Of a stretch of 64,000 nt of DNA, positions 39,244-49,775 are shown piece by piece; the first letter of the stretch is position 1; every line of letters starts with the position of its first letter. The translations under genes and the position numbers were made by a program. The notes beneath the pieces are model-generated. The model saw only the letters and a list, made by a program, of their open reading frames with translations. It made no database searches and was not told the DNA's origin. Source of the stretch: Patescibacteria group bacterium (lineage in GTDB: Bacteria > Patescibacteriota > Microgenomatia > UBA8517). The stretch is from the NCBI GenBank assembly GCA_036835125.1, contig DAITMO010000001.1:501160-565159 (forward strand). The letters are read 5' to 3'.

Positions 39244-40260
39244 ATGGGTAAAACTAAAAGTATATTTATATATTTATTATTTGTGATTGTTTTTGTACTA
39301 ATAGGCTGGTTTGGAAGAATTTTTTATACTCTTCCTAAAAATACAAATAAAGTTACAGAAGTAGTTTCCCAAATTAAACCAACTCCACTATATAAATACT
39401 CAATAGAAAATCTTTCTCAAGTTAATTTTCCTGAAAATGATATAAAAATAGGAGATTTGATTTCAGAAACAAATACTTATTCAACCTACAAATACTCCAT
39501 GCAGTTTAGTCCTGATATGAGTGGAAACCTCAAAACAGTAACAGGTGTTATCAATATTCCAAAAGGTGAGGGGGTTTTCCCTGTTATAGTAATGTTTAGA
39601 GGATTTGTTAGTCAGGAAACTTACACAATGGGAACAGGAACTCAGCCTTCAGCTAAAGTATTTGCTTCAAATGGTTACATTACAATTGCTCCCGACTTCT
39701 TAGGATATGGAGAAAGTGTCAAAGAGGCAGGAGATATTTTTGAATCAAGATTCCAAACGTATACAACAGCTGCCGTCACTTTAAAATCTATTAATACAAT
39801 AAAAAATTGGGATGGAAAAAACATCTTTATTTGGGGACACTCAAATGGAGGACAAATTGCTCTAACTACTCTTGAAATTACAGGGAGTAGTTACCCAACA
39901 GTTCTTTGGGCTCCAGTTTCTATGAGATTTCCTGCCTCAATTCTCTATTATATAGATGAAGCCAAAGATGGGGGAAAGTTTTTAATAGGTGAAGTGGCAA
40001 AATTTAACGAAATCTATGATGCTGAGAAGTTTTCATTGATTAATTATTTAGACAAAATAAAAGCTCCTATCCAAATAAACCAGGGAACTGCCGATACAGC
40101 TGTTCCTTATTGGCAAACAGATAATTTAAGCTCAAAGCTTGAAACTGCAACAGTTTCAGCAACATACATAAAGTATTCAGGAGCTGATCATAATATGAGA
40201 CCAAGATGGGATGAAGTTGTTGAAAATTCTCTTCTTTTCTTTAATAAAGGCATGAAGTAA
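39244..40260 (+). CDS. Alpha/beta hydrolase (peptidase S9 / dienelactone hydrolase-like), membrane anchored
   Basis: N-terminal TM helix; nucleophile elbow GHSNGG; C-terminal catalytic His region SGADHNM. Confidence 0.6.
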   Translation: MGKTKSIFIYLLFVIVFVLIGWFGRIFYTLPKNTNKVTEVVSQIKPTPLYKYSIENLSQVNFPENDIKIGDLISETNTYSTYKYSMQFSPDMSGNLKTVTGVINIPKGEGVFPVIVMFRGFVSQETYTMGTGTQPSAKVFASNGYITIAPDFLGYGESVKEAGDIFESRFQTYTTAAVTLKSINTIKNWDGKNIFIWGHSNGGQIALTTLEITGSSYPTVLWAPVSMRFPASILYYIDEAKDGGKFLIGEVAKFNEIYDAEKFSLINYLDKIKAPIQINQGTADTAVPYWQTDNLSSKLETATVSATYIKYSGADHNMRPRWDEVVENSLLFFNKGMK

Positions 40261-40272
40261 AATGCCTGCATT

Positions 40273-40815
40273 ATGCCAATAGAGGCTAAACCAACTTCAC
40301 AAATAGTCTCCGAGGAACGTTTACAGGCTGTTCGTAATGCATTAAAAAATGGAATAGCAAGCGATTTACTATTAACAAAAATAGCAAACAGAAAAGAAAA
40401 AGAAGTAGTAAATCAAATTGGAACTGAATCTGAAAATAGATTTGATGAATACGCAAAAAATATTAAATTTGTAAAAAATGTATCTGCCGTACATACTATT
40501 GAAAATTTATTTCTTGGCATTGATAGATGGATTTCTTTTGATAAAAGTCTATCCTTACCCGAATTACCTGTTCAGATTAAAAGCTCTAGAGGTGGAGTTA
40601 ATATTTTTAAGTTTGGTGATCCCAAAAAGGGAATAAACCCAAATCCAATTTATACACACCTTTCTGGATTAATAATCGTTATAAATTGTGGACAAACAAC
40701 CACTTTTAAAGGTTTTCGGTCAGATCTTTTGAATGAAGCAAAAAGAATAAGAAATCTTCTTGAAACAAACCACACTTCTGTTGATTCGTTTATTTTACAG
40801 TCTCTAAAAAGATAG
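40273..40815 (+). CDS. Hypothetical protein
   Basis: 180-aa ORF, 12 nt downstream of the hydrolase gene on the same strand. Confidence 0.4.
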   Translation: MPIEAKPTSQIVSEERLQAVRNALKNGIASDLLLTKIANRKEKEVVNQIGTESENRFDEYAKNIKFVKNVSAVHTIENLFLGIDRWISFDKSLSLPELPVQIKSSRGGVNIFKFGDPKKGINPNPIYTHLSGLIIVINCGQTTTFKGFRSDLLNEAKRIRNLLETNHTSVDSFILQSLKR

Positions 40816-40911
40816 CCAACTCTTTCAAAATCCGCTCCAAAGGAACTATTTTATGCGCATCAGACCCCTTTATCGAACCTGATACCAACTATCTCTCGAA
40901 ACAAAAACATT

Positions 40912-41172
40912 TTACTGTCTTGGTTCCATTGGGCGAGCAATGTTGACATTAATCTTGCGGCCTTTAAGTTCTGCTTGATTAAATTTCTCAACAGCTGCTT
41001 GTGCTTCAGCATCGCTACTCATTGTAACGAATCCGAAACCTCTTGATCTACCTGTCATTCTATCTGTTATGACAGCTGAATCGGTAACGGTTCCTGCTTC
41101 TGCGAAAAGAGCTTTGAGGTCTTCAGCGGTTACTTCCCATGCTAAATTACCAACAAACAATTTTGATTGCAT
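40912..41172 (-). CDS. RRM-domain RNA-binding protein
   Basis: RNP2 LFVGNL and RNP1 RGFGFVTM motifs. 86 aa. Confidence 0.8.
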   Translation of the reverse strand: MQSKLFVGNLAWEVTAEDLKALFAEAGTVTDSAVITDRMTGRSRGFGFVTMSSDAEAQAAVEKFNQAELKGRKINVNIARPMEPRQ

Positions 41173-41540
41173 TTTATTTTAAAATTTTCACCTCCCTCTT
41201 TTTGAAGTCTGAACAAAGGGCGGAAGCTCAAAACTAATCGAAGCTCAGTATCCCTTGAAAACTCTACGGATAGTATATAATATTTAGTATCAAATGACAA
41301 ATAATGCAGACAAGAAAATAAATGCTTTGCCCAAAATGCCTCCAATGAGTTTTTCTGGAGGTAGACCTTCTATGTTTTCCAAAGGTAAACCCTTTGGTCC
41401 AAAGACTTCGCATCAAGGAAAGTTTAATCAGTCCACTTTCCACACACAGCACAAAGGCGGAACTGTTGGTGGAGGAAAATAAAGACTTCTTTTTATTATT
41501 GATTCTTGGATATTAGTTATTTTACGGTTATAATACCTTC

Positions 41541-42425
41541 ATGGCTGACAAAATAACATCTGTTATCGCTCGAGAAGAAAACGGCAACATCCAAATTACC
41601 TTTACTATTCCTTTTGAAATTATTAAAGAAGCTCAGAATGACGTGATTAAAGAATTTGCAAAAGACATGGAAATTCCGGGTTTCAGGAAGGGTATGGCTC
41701 CTCTTGATAAAGTTGAAGCAAAAATTCCTCAAGCACAACTAGTTGAACATTCATTATCTCATGTTTTACCAAAAGCTTTAGGAGAAGCAATTACTGAAAA
41801 CAAACTTCAGATTGCAATATATCCTAAATTTGAACTAATAAGTGCCAAAGAGGATGAAGCTTGGCAAATTAGAGCAATTACCTGTGAGCTTCCTGAAGTT
41901 ACTCTTGGGGATTATAAAAAAGAAGTTACTGGGGCACTTCGAGCTGATTCTATAATTGTTCCTGGAAAAGATAAAAAAGAAGATCAAAATACACCTCCTT
42001 CAAATGAAAAAAAGGAACAAATTGCTATAAAAGCACTTTTGGATAGCGTTAAGCTTAAAATTCCCCAAATTCTTATTGAAGAAGAAGCTGACAGTAGACT
42101 TTCAAGTCTTCTAGGACGCCTTGAGAAGCTAGGACTTGCCCTCGAAAGCTATCTTGCCTCAACTGGCAAAAAACCTGAAGATTTAAGAGGGGAATATGCA
42201 GCTCAGGCAAAAGAAGCTATCTCAGTTGATTTGATATTAAATAAAATTGCAGAGGCAGAAAAGATTGAAGTAGATAAAAAGGAAATTGAAGCTGCTTTTG
42301 CAATGTCTCAAGCAGATCCTAAGATTGCAGATATGAATGAGGAGGAAACCAACAATAGAAAAAGACTATTAGAATCTATTCTAAGGCGTAGAAAAGCTTT
42401 AGATTTTCTAATAACTTTGAGCTGA
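41541..42425 (+). CDS. tig: Trigger factor, short form without the FKBP/PPIase domain
   Basis: N-terminal ribosome-binding signature region (MEIPGFRKGMAP) and a C-terminal chaperone arm. Only 294 aa. Confidence 0.7.
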   Translation: MADKITSVIAREENGNIQITFTIPFEIIKEAQNDVIKEFAKDMEIPGFRKGMAPLDKVEAKIPQAQLVEHSLSHVLPKALGEAITENKLQIAIYPKFELISAKEDEAWQIRAITCELPEVTLGDYKKEVTGALRADSIIVPGKDKKEDQNTPPSNEKKEQIAIKALLDSVKLKIPQILIEEEADSRLSSLLGRLEKLGLALESYLASTGKKPEDLRGEYAAQAKEAISVDLILNKIAEAEKIEVDKKEIEAAFAMSQADPKIADMNEEETNNRKRLLESILRRRKALDFLITLS

Positions 42426-42471
42426 TAGATAATCTTGATATTTACAATGTCCTGCTATAGAATCGTGGCAA

Positions 42472-43101
42472 ATGGCAGATACTAAAAAGAAAAATCAGCA
42501 GACGATAACTCGTCAAAATGTTCTTGAGACGCTTAAAGATTTAGGCACGGGTACTGGTGTTCAAACAAAAGATTTTATTAAAGACACTTCAGAAGATTTC
42601 TTGCGTGAACTTTTGGGTCTAACCACAAAAAAAGTAAAAAGATCAGGAGAACTAAACCCAGGACAATCCATTCAAATGGGAGATATTATGAGTGGTAAAG
42701 AGGAAGAGCTGGCAAGAGAAAAGAAACAAATTAATTTCGAAAGAAGAATATTTAGCGAAGAAAAAGAAGCTTCTCAGATGAAAAAGGAAGAACTTAGGGC
42801 CGAGCTTCAAGCAATTATGCAGGAAGTGCAAAAGGTTGCCCAAAGTACTGAAGGGCTTGCAGAGGCAACAGAGGCTGCAATAATTACAGCACCAGTTGAA
42901 CCAGGACTTTATCACATTAATTTTTTCACCAATATTCTTGAATTTTTACAATCGTTTAGAAAGAAAATTGATTTAGCAGCTACATGGCTTAATTCTTCAA
43001 ATAAAAGGGCTGAAAAGAAAAACTATTGGTCTCAGTATAAAAAGAAAGGAACAACTTTCCTTCTTTCTCCTGATAGTTATTCACAAAGATCTGCTGGATG
43101 A
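42472..43101 (+). CDS. Hypothetical coiled-coil protein
   Basis: 209 aa, Lys/Glu-rich central region. Confidence 0.4.
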   Translation: MADTKKKNQQTITRQNVLETLKDLGTGTGVQTKDFIKDTSEDFLRELLGLTTKKVKRSGELNPGQSIQMGDIMSGKEEELAREKKQINFERRIFSEEKEASQMKKEELRAELQAIMQEVQKVAQSTEGLAEATEAAIITAPVEPGLYHINFFTNILEFLQSFRKKIDLAATWLNSSNKRAEKKNYWSQYKKKGTTFLLSPDSYSQRSAG

Positions 43102-43115
43102 TATAATGCCAAAAT

Positions 43116-43328
43116 ATGAATGAAAGAATTATTATAAATTGTATAAACGTTCCTAAGTATACTGTATCCCAAGAAAATGGATTGGGAAACGGAAAGGCAT
43201 GTATTAATTGTCCCATTTTAAAAACACATCACGCTGGAGGTGCAATAATCGATGTATCTGTTAAAAATAGACCACTATGTCTAGATACAAAACTCTGCCA
43301 AAAATGCAGAGAACTTCCTGCTCAATAA
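43116..43328 (+). CDS. Small Cys-rich hypothetical protein
   Basis: 70 aa with CINxxxxxxxxxxxxxxxCINC and CQKC pairs, suggesting a zinc ribbon. Confidence 0.3.
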   Translation: MNERIIINCINVPKYTVSQENGLGNGKACINCPILKTHHAGGAIIDVSVKNRPLCLDTKLCQKCRELPAQ

Positions 43329-43395
43329 ATCTCTCATAAAGAGATGATAATACATAAGTAGAAAATTTTGTATTATAATATCAAAATAGTAGCAA

Positions 43396-43467
43396 GCACC
43401 CTTAGCTCATCGGTAGAGCGCATTCTTGACGTGAATGAGGTGGCAGGCTCAACACCTGCAGGGTGCA
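43396..43467 (+). tRNA. tRNA-Val (anticodon GAC)
   Basis: Acceptor stem GCACCCT/AGGGTGC, anticodon loop TTGACGT, T arm GCAGG/CTCAACA/CCTGC. Confidence 0.8.
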
Positions 43468-43486
43468 CAAGTGTTTATTTGTTTTT

Positions 43487-44245
43487 TTATTTCTTCTGAG
43501 GTAAAGGTACAAAAATACTTGTGTTTTTTTTGTATTCTTCAAAATCTGGCCTTCCTTTATATTTTTGCTCCAAGAGAGGAATACCTGACACAAAGAGAAT
43601 AAAAAATGTAATAGTAAGTGGTCCTATTATTGTCAAATATCCATTTGAAATTGACAGAGTAGCTAAATATAAACCCCACCACTGAACTACTTCACCAAAA
43701 TAATTAGGATGTCTTGAATATTTCCATAAACCTTCTGTCATTAATTTTCCTTTGTTTTTAGGCTTATGAAGAAAGTCTGAAAGTTGTTTGTCTGCAGTGC
43801 TTTCAAAATAAAATCCAAACATCCATACAATTATTCCTACTAGGTCCAACAATAATAAATTAGAAACGTATTTGTTTATGAAAGAAACAGGAACTAGAAT
43901 TGCAAACATCAAAATCCCTTGCAATATAAATATTTGTAGATAACTTCTTATATAGAAATATTTCCAGGTGTTTCTCCAATTTTGGTATCTAAAATCCTCA
44001 GGCTTATTGATATTTCTTTTGTATATATGGAAAGCAAGTCTTAATCCCCAAATTGTAACAAGAGTATTAATTATTAATGCTTTTAAGCTTGGTCCAAAAT
44101 AAAAGAAACTAAACCACGCTGCCAAAACAAATCCCAAACCCCAAGCAAAATCTGCAACGTCATTTCTTTTAATAATTAAGGAAACTATAAACCAAAAAGT
44201 CATATAGGAGAGGACAAAAATTAATATCGGTAACAAGAATTCCAT
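43487..44245 (-). CDS. DUF1295/ICMT-like membrane methyltransferase-reductase family protein. The ORF extends to 44344; the likely start is the Met at 44245.
   Basis: C-terminal motif LWKYSRHPNYFGEVVQWWGLY is typical of the DUF1295 / isoprenylcysteine carboxyl methyltransferase / steroid-reductase-like family. Confidence 0.6.
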   Translation of the reverse strand: MEFLLPILIFVLSYMTFWFIVSLIIKRNDVADFAWGLGFVLAAWFSFFYFGPSLKALIINTLVTIWGLRLAFHIYKRNINKPEDFRYQNWRNTWKYFYIRSYLQIFILQGILMFAILVPVSFINKYVSNLLLLDLVGIIVWMFGFYFESTADKQLSDFLHKPKNKGKLMTEGLWKYSRHPNYFGEVVQWWGLYLATLSISNGYLTIIGPLTITFFILFVSGIPLLEQKYKGRPDFEEYKKNTSIFVPLPQKK

Positions 44246-44640
44246 TAAGATAATTTCGACCCAATTGCGTACATTATAAGAGAGGTTAAAGAGGATACAC
44301 TTGTTCCCCATATCAAGTCTACAATTGTTACATTTAGTGGCCAATCCTTTATTGTTGCCAAATTACTAAGATCATAAGTTGCATAGCAAATAAGGCCAAA
44401 GAGTGCTCCTGTTAGCATTGCCTGTTGCCAACTATGTTTATCTAGTGAAGGCATTACAACAAAGTAAACCAAGCCTAATGCGTAAAGTAGATAAAATATC
44501 AAAGCAGGTAAGTAGTTGGGGGATTTAGCCATTAAAAAACCTAAATGTTTCTGATAGAAAAGTTTTGACATAATTGAAAGCCAGACATAATCAATTGCCA
44601 AAAATATTGGGAGCGTTATGAGGTATATCTTCAGAAGCAT
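44245..44640 (-). CDS. Hypothetical 4-TM membrane protein. Its stop shares one nucleotide with the downstream gene's start.
   Basis: 131 aa, entirely hydrophobic helices. The TGATG overlap suggests translational coupling. Confidence 0.45.
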   Translation of the reverse strand: MLLKIYLITLPIFLAIDYVWLSIMSKLFYQKHLGFLMAKSPNYLPALIFYLLYALGLVYFVVMPSLDKHSWQQAMLTGALFGLICYATYDLSNLATIKDWPLNVTIVDLIWGTSVSSLTSLIMYAIGSKLS

Positions 44641-44679
44641 AATAACTTAGATTACCACAAAGAAATATCAATTATCAAA

Positions 44680-45480
44680 TTATTTAACAAAGATGTAATA
44701 AAGAACTGAAAGTATAATTCTATATACTCCAAACACTCTAAAATCATGCTTCTTCACAAAACTTATTAAGAACTTTATGGCAATCATTGCAAATATAAAA
44801 GAAAAAATAGTGCCAACTATTAAAGTCATGTATCCACCCTGTGCAATATATTCACGAGATTTATAAAGATCATATCCTGATGCTGCAATCATAGTTGGAA
44901 CCGCCAAAAGAAAAGAAAACTCTGTGGCGGTAGCTCTATCAAGTTTTACACTCAAACCTCCAATAATAGTAGCTGCGGCCCTAGACATTCCGGGAATTAC
45001 AGAAAGACACTGGAAACATCCAATTAAGAAGGCTTGTTTGTAACTAATGCTTTCTATTGTATTTGTATCTAACTCTTTCTTTTTGACCATCATTTTTTTG
45101 ATCACTACTTCGATAATAATCAAGGCCACTCCTCCCCAAAAAAGTGCATTTAGTGTTACCCAAGTGCTTCCCAAAAGAAAACCTTTGATGATAGGGTACA
45201 AAAGCATTCCAACAATTCCTGTAGGAATAAAGGCTACAATTAATTTTTTAATTGTTTTGATATTTAAAAATTTCTTTGTATAGAGAGCAACTACTGCTAA
45301 AATTGCTCCAAGTTGAATTATTATTTCAAATGTTTTTAAAAAATTACTAGGTTCTAAATTTAATATTTTAGATACTAAAATAAGGTGGCCTGTAGAAGAG
45401 ATTGGCAGAAATTCAGTTAGTCCCTCGACTATAGAAAGAATTAAAACATTTAGTAAATTCATATTCTTAAGTATAACCAA
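44680..45480 (-). CDS. uppP: Undecaprenyl-diphosphatase
   Basis: The EGLTEFLPISSTGHL signature and eight TM helices. 266 aa. Confidence 0.85.
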   Translation of the reverse strand: MVILKNMNLLNVLILSIVEGLTEFLPISSTGHLILVSKILNLEPSNFLKTFEIIIQLGAILAVVALYTKKFLNIKTIKKLIVAFIPTGIVGMLLYPIIKGFLLGSTWVTLNALFWGGVALIIIEVVIKKMMVKKKELDTNTIESISYKQAFLIGCFQCLSVIPGMSRAAATIIGGLSVKLDRATATEFSFLLAVPTMIAASGYDLYKSREYIAQGGYMTLIVGTIFSFIFAMIAIKFLISFVKKHDFRVFGVYRIILSVLYYIFVK

Positions 45481-45522
45481 TTCCGAATTGCGCTTAAAGA
45501 TGGTATAATTTCAGGATCACGA

Positions 45523-45593
45523 GGGCTCGTCGTTCAATGGTAGGACATGTGGCTGGCAGTCATAGGATGCGGGTCCGATTCCCGCCGAGTCCA
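45523..45593 (+). tRNA. tRNA-Ala (anticodon GGC)
   Basis: Acceptor stem GGGCTCG/CGAGTCC with a G3:U70 pair, anticodon loop CTGGCAG, T arm GCGGG/TCCGATT/CCCGC. The anticodon stem has two G:U pairs and is weak. Confidence 0.6.
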
Positions 45594-45644
45594 CACTCGC
45601 AAAAGTTAGATTTTAGGAGTATAATACACCTATAGGCTATATTA

Positions 45645-45670
45645 GCCGCACCTAACAGGGCGGCTTTTTT
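45645..45670 (+). terminator. Rho-independent terminator after tRNA-Ala
   Basis: GCCGC-ACCTAACAGG-GCGGC followed by TTTTTT. Confidence 0.55.
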
Positions 45671-45680
45671 AATTATAATT

Positions 45681-47492
45681 ATGGAAATACGAAACGTTGC
45701 TATTATTGCTCACGTTGACCATGGTAAAACAACCTTGGTGGACGCACTTTTGCGTCAAAGTCATACTGAAATGAAAAAGGAAGTTGCTGAGCAAGATACA
45801 ATTCTTGACAGTAATGAACTTGAGAGGGAGCGTGGGATAACAATTTTTTCTAAAAATGCCTCAGTTGAATATAAAGGTATAAAAATTAATATCATAGATA
45901 CTCCAGGACATGCTGACTTTGGTGGGGAAGTTGAACGCGTTCTTTCTATGGCAGATGGTGCTTTACTTTTAGTAGATGCTAAAGAAGGACCCATGCCTCA
46001 AACTAGATTTGTTCTTCGTGAGGCCTTAAAGCTTGGTCTTAAAATTATTGTTATTGTCAATAAAATAGACAAGAAAGGAGCCAGACCAGAATGGGTACAA
46101 GGAAAAACCTTTGACCTTTTCTGTGAACTTGGAGCAAATGAAGAAACTGCATTTTTCCCTACAGTCTACGCTTCTGGTCGTGATGGGAAGTCTGGACTTG
46201 AACCAGATTTAGAAAAAATGAGTGACATTACTCCAATTTTTGATGCAATCTTGGAACACATTCCAGCTCCAGTTATCAATACAGATAAACCTCTACAAAT
46301 GCTTGTTAGTAACATTGGCTACGATAACTACAAAGGTAGAATTGCCATTGGGAAAATCCATTCAGGAAGTATAAAAAATGGTCAAGATATTGCTCACATA
46401 AATCGCGATGGTCAAATCAAAAAATGTAAAGTTACTTCACTTTGTACATTTAAAGGGCTTGGCAAAAAGGATGAGGTTGAAGCTTTGGCTGGGGATATTG
46501 TCACAGTTACAGGAATTACTGATGTTAATATTGGGGAAACTATTGCAGATCCAGTAAATCCAGCTGCATTGCCACTCCTTGAGATTGAGCAACCAACAGT
46601 AAAAATGGTTTTTATGGTTAATGGTTCACCTTTTGGAGGGAAAGAGGGGGAATTTAAAACTAGTAGCCAACTAAGAGCAAGGCTTTATAAAGAGCTTGAA
46701 ACAGATGTTGCTCTAAAGGTTGAAGATAATACTGATGGAACCTGGACTGTTAGCGGACGTGGAGAGCTTCACCTAGCCATCTTAATTGAACGTATGAGAA
46801 GAGAAGGTTATGAATTTGCAGTTAGTCGCCCACATGTTATCAATCACGTTGTGGACGGAAAAACCCTCACTCCTTATGAAAAAGTATATATTGAAGTTCC
46901 AGAAGTTCATTCTGGTGTAGTTATTCAAAAAATGGGACAAAGACATGCAAAGATGGATAATTTGGAAACAACAGAGGGAATTACCTATGCCGAGTTTACT
47001 GTTGCCACAAAAGAGCTTATTGGATTTAGAAGTGAATTTATTACTGATACAAAAGGACTAGGAATTATGAATGCAGCCTTTTATGAATTTTTACCAGATG
47101 ATGGATTTACACTTGAGCGTGAAAGAGGAAGTATGGTTGCCTACGAAACAGGGGAAACCAGACTTTATGGAATGACACAGGTCCAAGATCAGGGAGAATT
47201 CTTTGTTGGACCTGCAGAAAAAGTCTATAAAGGACAAGTTATTGGACAATGCAGTCGCGCAGGAGACTTGAGAGTAAATGCATGTAAAGAAAAGAAACTT
47301 AGCAATATGAGAAGTAAAGGAGATGGGTGTATGGAACACTTTAATACACCTCGTACAATGGGACTTGATGATGCTCTTGAATATATTGATGATACAGAGC
47401 TGGTTGAAATAACTCCAAAATCAATTCGTATCAGAAAAATTATTTTAGATGAAGTTGAAGCAAGAAAAGCTGCTAAACTTGCAAAACATTGA
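45681..47492 (+). CDS. typA: Translational GTPase TypA/BipA
   Basis: N-terminus IRNVAIIAHVDHGKTTLVD. 603 aa, EF-G-like domain order. Confidence 0.9.
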   Translation: MEIRNVAIIAHVDHGKTTLVDALLRQSHTEMKKEVAEQDTILDSNELERERGITIFSKNASVEYKGIKINIIDTPGHADFGGEVERVLSMADGALLLVDAKEGPMPQTRFVLREALKLGLKIIVIVNKIDKKGARPEWVQGKTFDLFCELGANEETAFFPTVYASGRDGKSGLEPDLEKMSDITPIFDAILEHIPAPVINTDKPLQMLVSNIGYDNYKGRIAIGKIHSGSIKNGQDIAHINRDGQIKKCKVTSLCTFKGLGKKDEVEALAGDIVTVTGITDVNIGETIADPVNPAALPLLEIEQPTVKMVFMVNGSPFGGKEGEFKTSSQLRARLYKELETDVALKVEDNTDGTWTVSGRGELHLAILIERMRREGYEFAVSRPHVINHVVDGKTLTPYEKVYIEVPEVHSGVVIQKMGQRHAKMDNLETTEGITYAEFTVATKELIGFRSEFITDTKGLGIMNAAFYEFLPDDGFTLERERGSMVAYETGETRLYGMTQVQDQGEFFVGPAEKVYKGQVIGQCSRAGDLRVNACKEKKLSNMRSKGDGCMEHFNTPRTMGLDDALEYIDDTELVEITPKSIRIRKIILDEVEARKAAKLAKH

Positions 47493-47592
47493 CTTTAAAG
47501 GCCTAAAAAGTTAAATTATAAGTATAGAGTTAAATTTACAAAGATCTGAACTCACCAATCAGGGAGTAAAGATAACTCACCACGAGAAGTAA

Positions 47593-49389
47593 TTGAAGTG
47601 GAACCACGACTCTTCACGAATCGTCTTCAAGGAAGTATTATTAGTTTGTATGAATACAAATAATTTAGAAAATTTAAGACATTCATGTAGTCATTTGATG
47701 GCAGCAGCCATTATGGAACTATGGCCAAAAGCTAAACTAACCCTTGGACCTGCAATTGAAGATGGTTTTTATTATGATGTGGACTTTGGGGACGAAAAAA
47801 TTTCAGATGCTGATTTTCCAAAAATTGAAGCTAAAATGCATGATATTGTAAAAAATTGGAAATCTTTTGAAAAAATTGAGGTAGATAAAAAAGAAGCATT
47901 GAAAGATTATAAAGACAATCCATATAAAACAGAAATTATTAGTGACTTGGATGGAGTAATTACATATTACGAATGTGGTAAATTTGCAGATCTTTGCCGA
48001 GGTGGACATGTTGAACACCCAAGCAGTGAGCTCAAACATTTTAAACTTTTATCTATAGCTGGAGCATATTGGAGAGGGGATGAGAAGAATAAGATGTTAA
48101 CCAGGATTTATGGAACAATCTTCCCATCTCAAAAAGAACTAGATGAGTACCTTACATTAAAAGAAGAAGCAAAGAAAAGAGATCATAGAAAATTGGGTAA
48201 AGAGCTTGATTTATTTACTTTTTCAGACATGGTTGGAGCAGGACTTCCGCTTTACACACCCAAAGGTGCGCTTATTCGAAGACTTGTAAATGAATATGTT
48301 GAAAGTGTTCAATCAAAAGAAGGATATATGCAGGTTTGGACTCCACAAATTGCAAAAGCTGATCTTTTTAAGACTTCCGGGCATTATGACCACTATAAAG
48401 ACTCTATGTTTAAAGTGATATCTAATTACTCTGAAGAAGAATTCTATCTTAAACCAATGAATTGCCCACAACATACTCAAATATATGCTAGCCAAGCAAG
48501 AAGTTATAGAGATCTGCCAATTAGAATGACTGATTTTGCAATGCTCTATAGAGATGAAAAACCAGGCGAGCTTTCAGGTCTTGCAAGAGTTAGGTCTTTT
48601 TCTCAAGATGATTGTCATATTTTTTGTAGAGAAGACCAGGTTGATAGCGAAGTAGATCGAGCCCTTGCTATGACAAAGGAAATCATGGAAACGTTTGGTC
48701 TTACTTACAAATATAGACTTTCAACCAGGGATCCTAAAAATCCAGATAAATATATAGGTGATCCAAAGATTTGGGATAAGACGGAAAAGTGGGCTGAAGA
48801 AATAATGAAGAGAAACAATATTGAGTACTTCCAAGGTCCTGGAGAAGCTGCATTCTACGCACCCAAAATGGATCTTATAGCTAAAGATTCTTTGGGGAGA
48901 GAATGGCAGCTTTCAACAGTTCAAATAGATTATTTTCTTCCTGAAAGGTTCAAACTAACCTATATAGATTCTGATGGCAAAGAGAAAAGGCCTGTGATGA
49001 TCCATAGAGCAATAGTTGGTTCTCCTGAGCGTTTCTTAATGATACTCATAGAACACTTTGCAGGTAATTTCCCAACCTGGCTTACACCAGTTCAAGTAAA
49101 AATATTACCAATTGCAGAGAGACATATTGAATATGCAAATAAAGTTTTAGAAGGGCTTAAGAATGCAGGCATACGAGCTGAACTTGATGATAGAAGTGAA
49201 ACTCTTGGAAATAAAATTAGAAATGCCCAGACTGAAAAAGTTGCCTATATGTTGATCCTTGGAGATAAAGAAATTGAGAAAACTGCCGTTTCAGTAAGAA
49301 AAAGAAATGGGCAAGATTCGGGAAGTAAAGATTTGAGAATCTTTATCGAGGACATTCGTAGAGAAATTGATGAAAAGATCATAAATTGA
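47593..49389 (+). CDS. thrS: Threonyl-tRNA synthetase, lacking the N-terminal TGS domain. The true start is likely the Met at 47650.
   Basis: Editing-domain motif RHSCSHLMAAA, class II motif 2 LYRDEKPGELSGLARVRSFSQDDCHIF, and a C-terminal anticodon-binding domain. Confidence 0.9.
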   Translation: MKWNHDSSRIVFKEVLLVCMNTNNLENLRHSCSHLMAAAIMELWPKAKLTLGPAIEDGFYYDVDFGDEKISDADFPKIEAKMHDIVKNWKSFEKIEVDKKEALKDYKDNPYKTEIISDLDGVITYYECGKFADLCRGGHVEHPSSELKHFKLLSIAGAYWRGDEKNKMLTRIYGTIFPSQKELDEYLTLKEEAKKRDHRKLGKELDLFTFSDMVGAGLPLYTPKGALIRRLVNEYVESVQSKEGYMQVWTPQIAKADLFKTSGHYDHYKDSMFKVISNYSEEEFYLKPMNCPQHTQIYASQARSYRDLPIRMTDFAMLYRDEKPGELSGLARVRSFSQDDCHIFCREDQVDSEVDRALAMTKEIMETFGLTYKYRLSTRDPKNPDKYIGDPKIWDKTEKWAEEIMKRNNIEYFQGPGEAAFYAPKMDLIAKDSLGREWQLSTVQIDYFLPERFKLTYIDSDGKEKRPVMIHRAIVGSPERFLMILIEHFAGNFPTWLTPVQVKILPIAERHIEYANKVLEGLKNAGIRAELDDRSETLGNKIRNAQTEKVAYMLILGDKEIEKTAVSVRKRNGQDSGSKDLRIFIEDIRREIDEKIIN

Positions 49390-49419
49390 CAAAGTTGCTC
49401 CACATGGTTTAATAGAATT

Positions 49420-49722
49420 ATGGCATTAACAAAAAGTGATAAAGATTTCATTGGTAGTCTCCTTAACGTAAGAAAAATAACAGATGCTACAAGAGTAGCT
49501 TTGGAAGAGCTAATTGAAGAAAAGGGACTAATTACCAAGGATGATTTGAAATATTTACCTTCAAAAGATGAATTTTATAAAGAAACCTTAAAAATTTTAA
49601 AGAAACTAGATGATTTAGAAATCGAAAAAGATACACTTTCTCACCAAGTTTCTGACCACTCAGACAGAATTGAAAAACTTGAAAATATTCATCCTCAGGG
49701 GAGACACCTGGCAACAATTTAA
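49420..49722 (+). CDS. Hypothetical protein inserted between thrS and infC
   Basis: 100-aa ORF, charged and helical. Confidence 0.4.
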   Translation: MALTKSDKDFIGSLLNVRKITDATRVALEELIEEKGLITKDDLKYLPSKDEFYKETLKILKKLDDLEIEKDTLSHQVSDHSDRIEKLENIHPQGRHLATI

Positions 49723-49775
49723 CTCATTCTTGAATAAATTCTCATTTTTAGGTACAATTCACATTAAGTTAAACA

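Noticed and set aside
40912-41172. RRM RNA-binding protein gene as a horizontally acquired island because of its higher GC
   Set aside because: Its GC is only modestly above background, which is typical of highly expressed small genes. The flanks show no mobility signatures.
41294-41482. 62-aa Gly/Lys-rich ORF between the RRM gene and tig
   Set aside because: It has low-complexity composition, an overlapping antisense ORF of equal length and no recognisable motif, so it is not reported as a gene.
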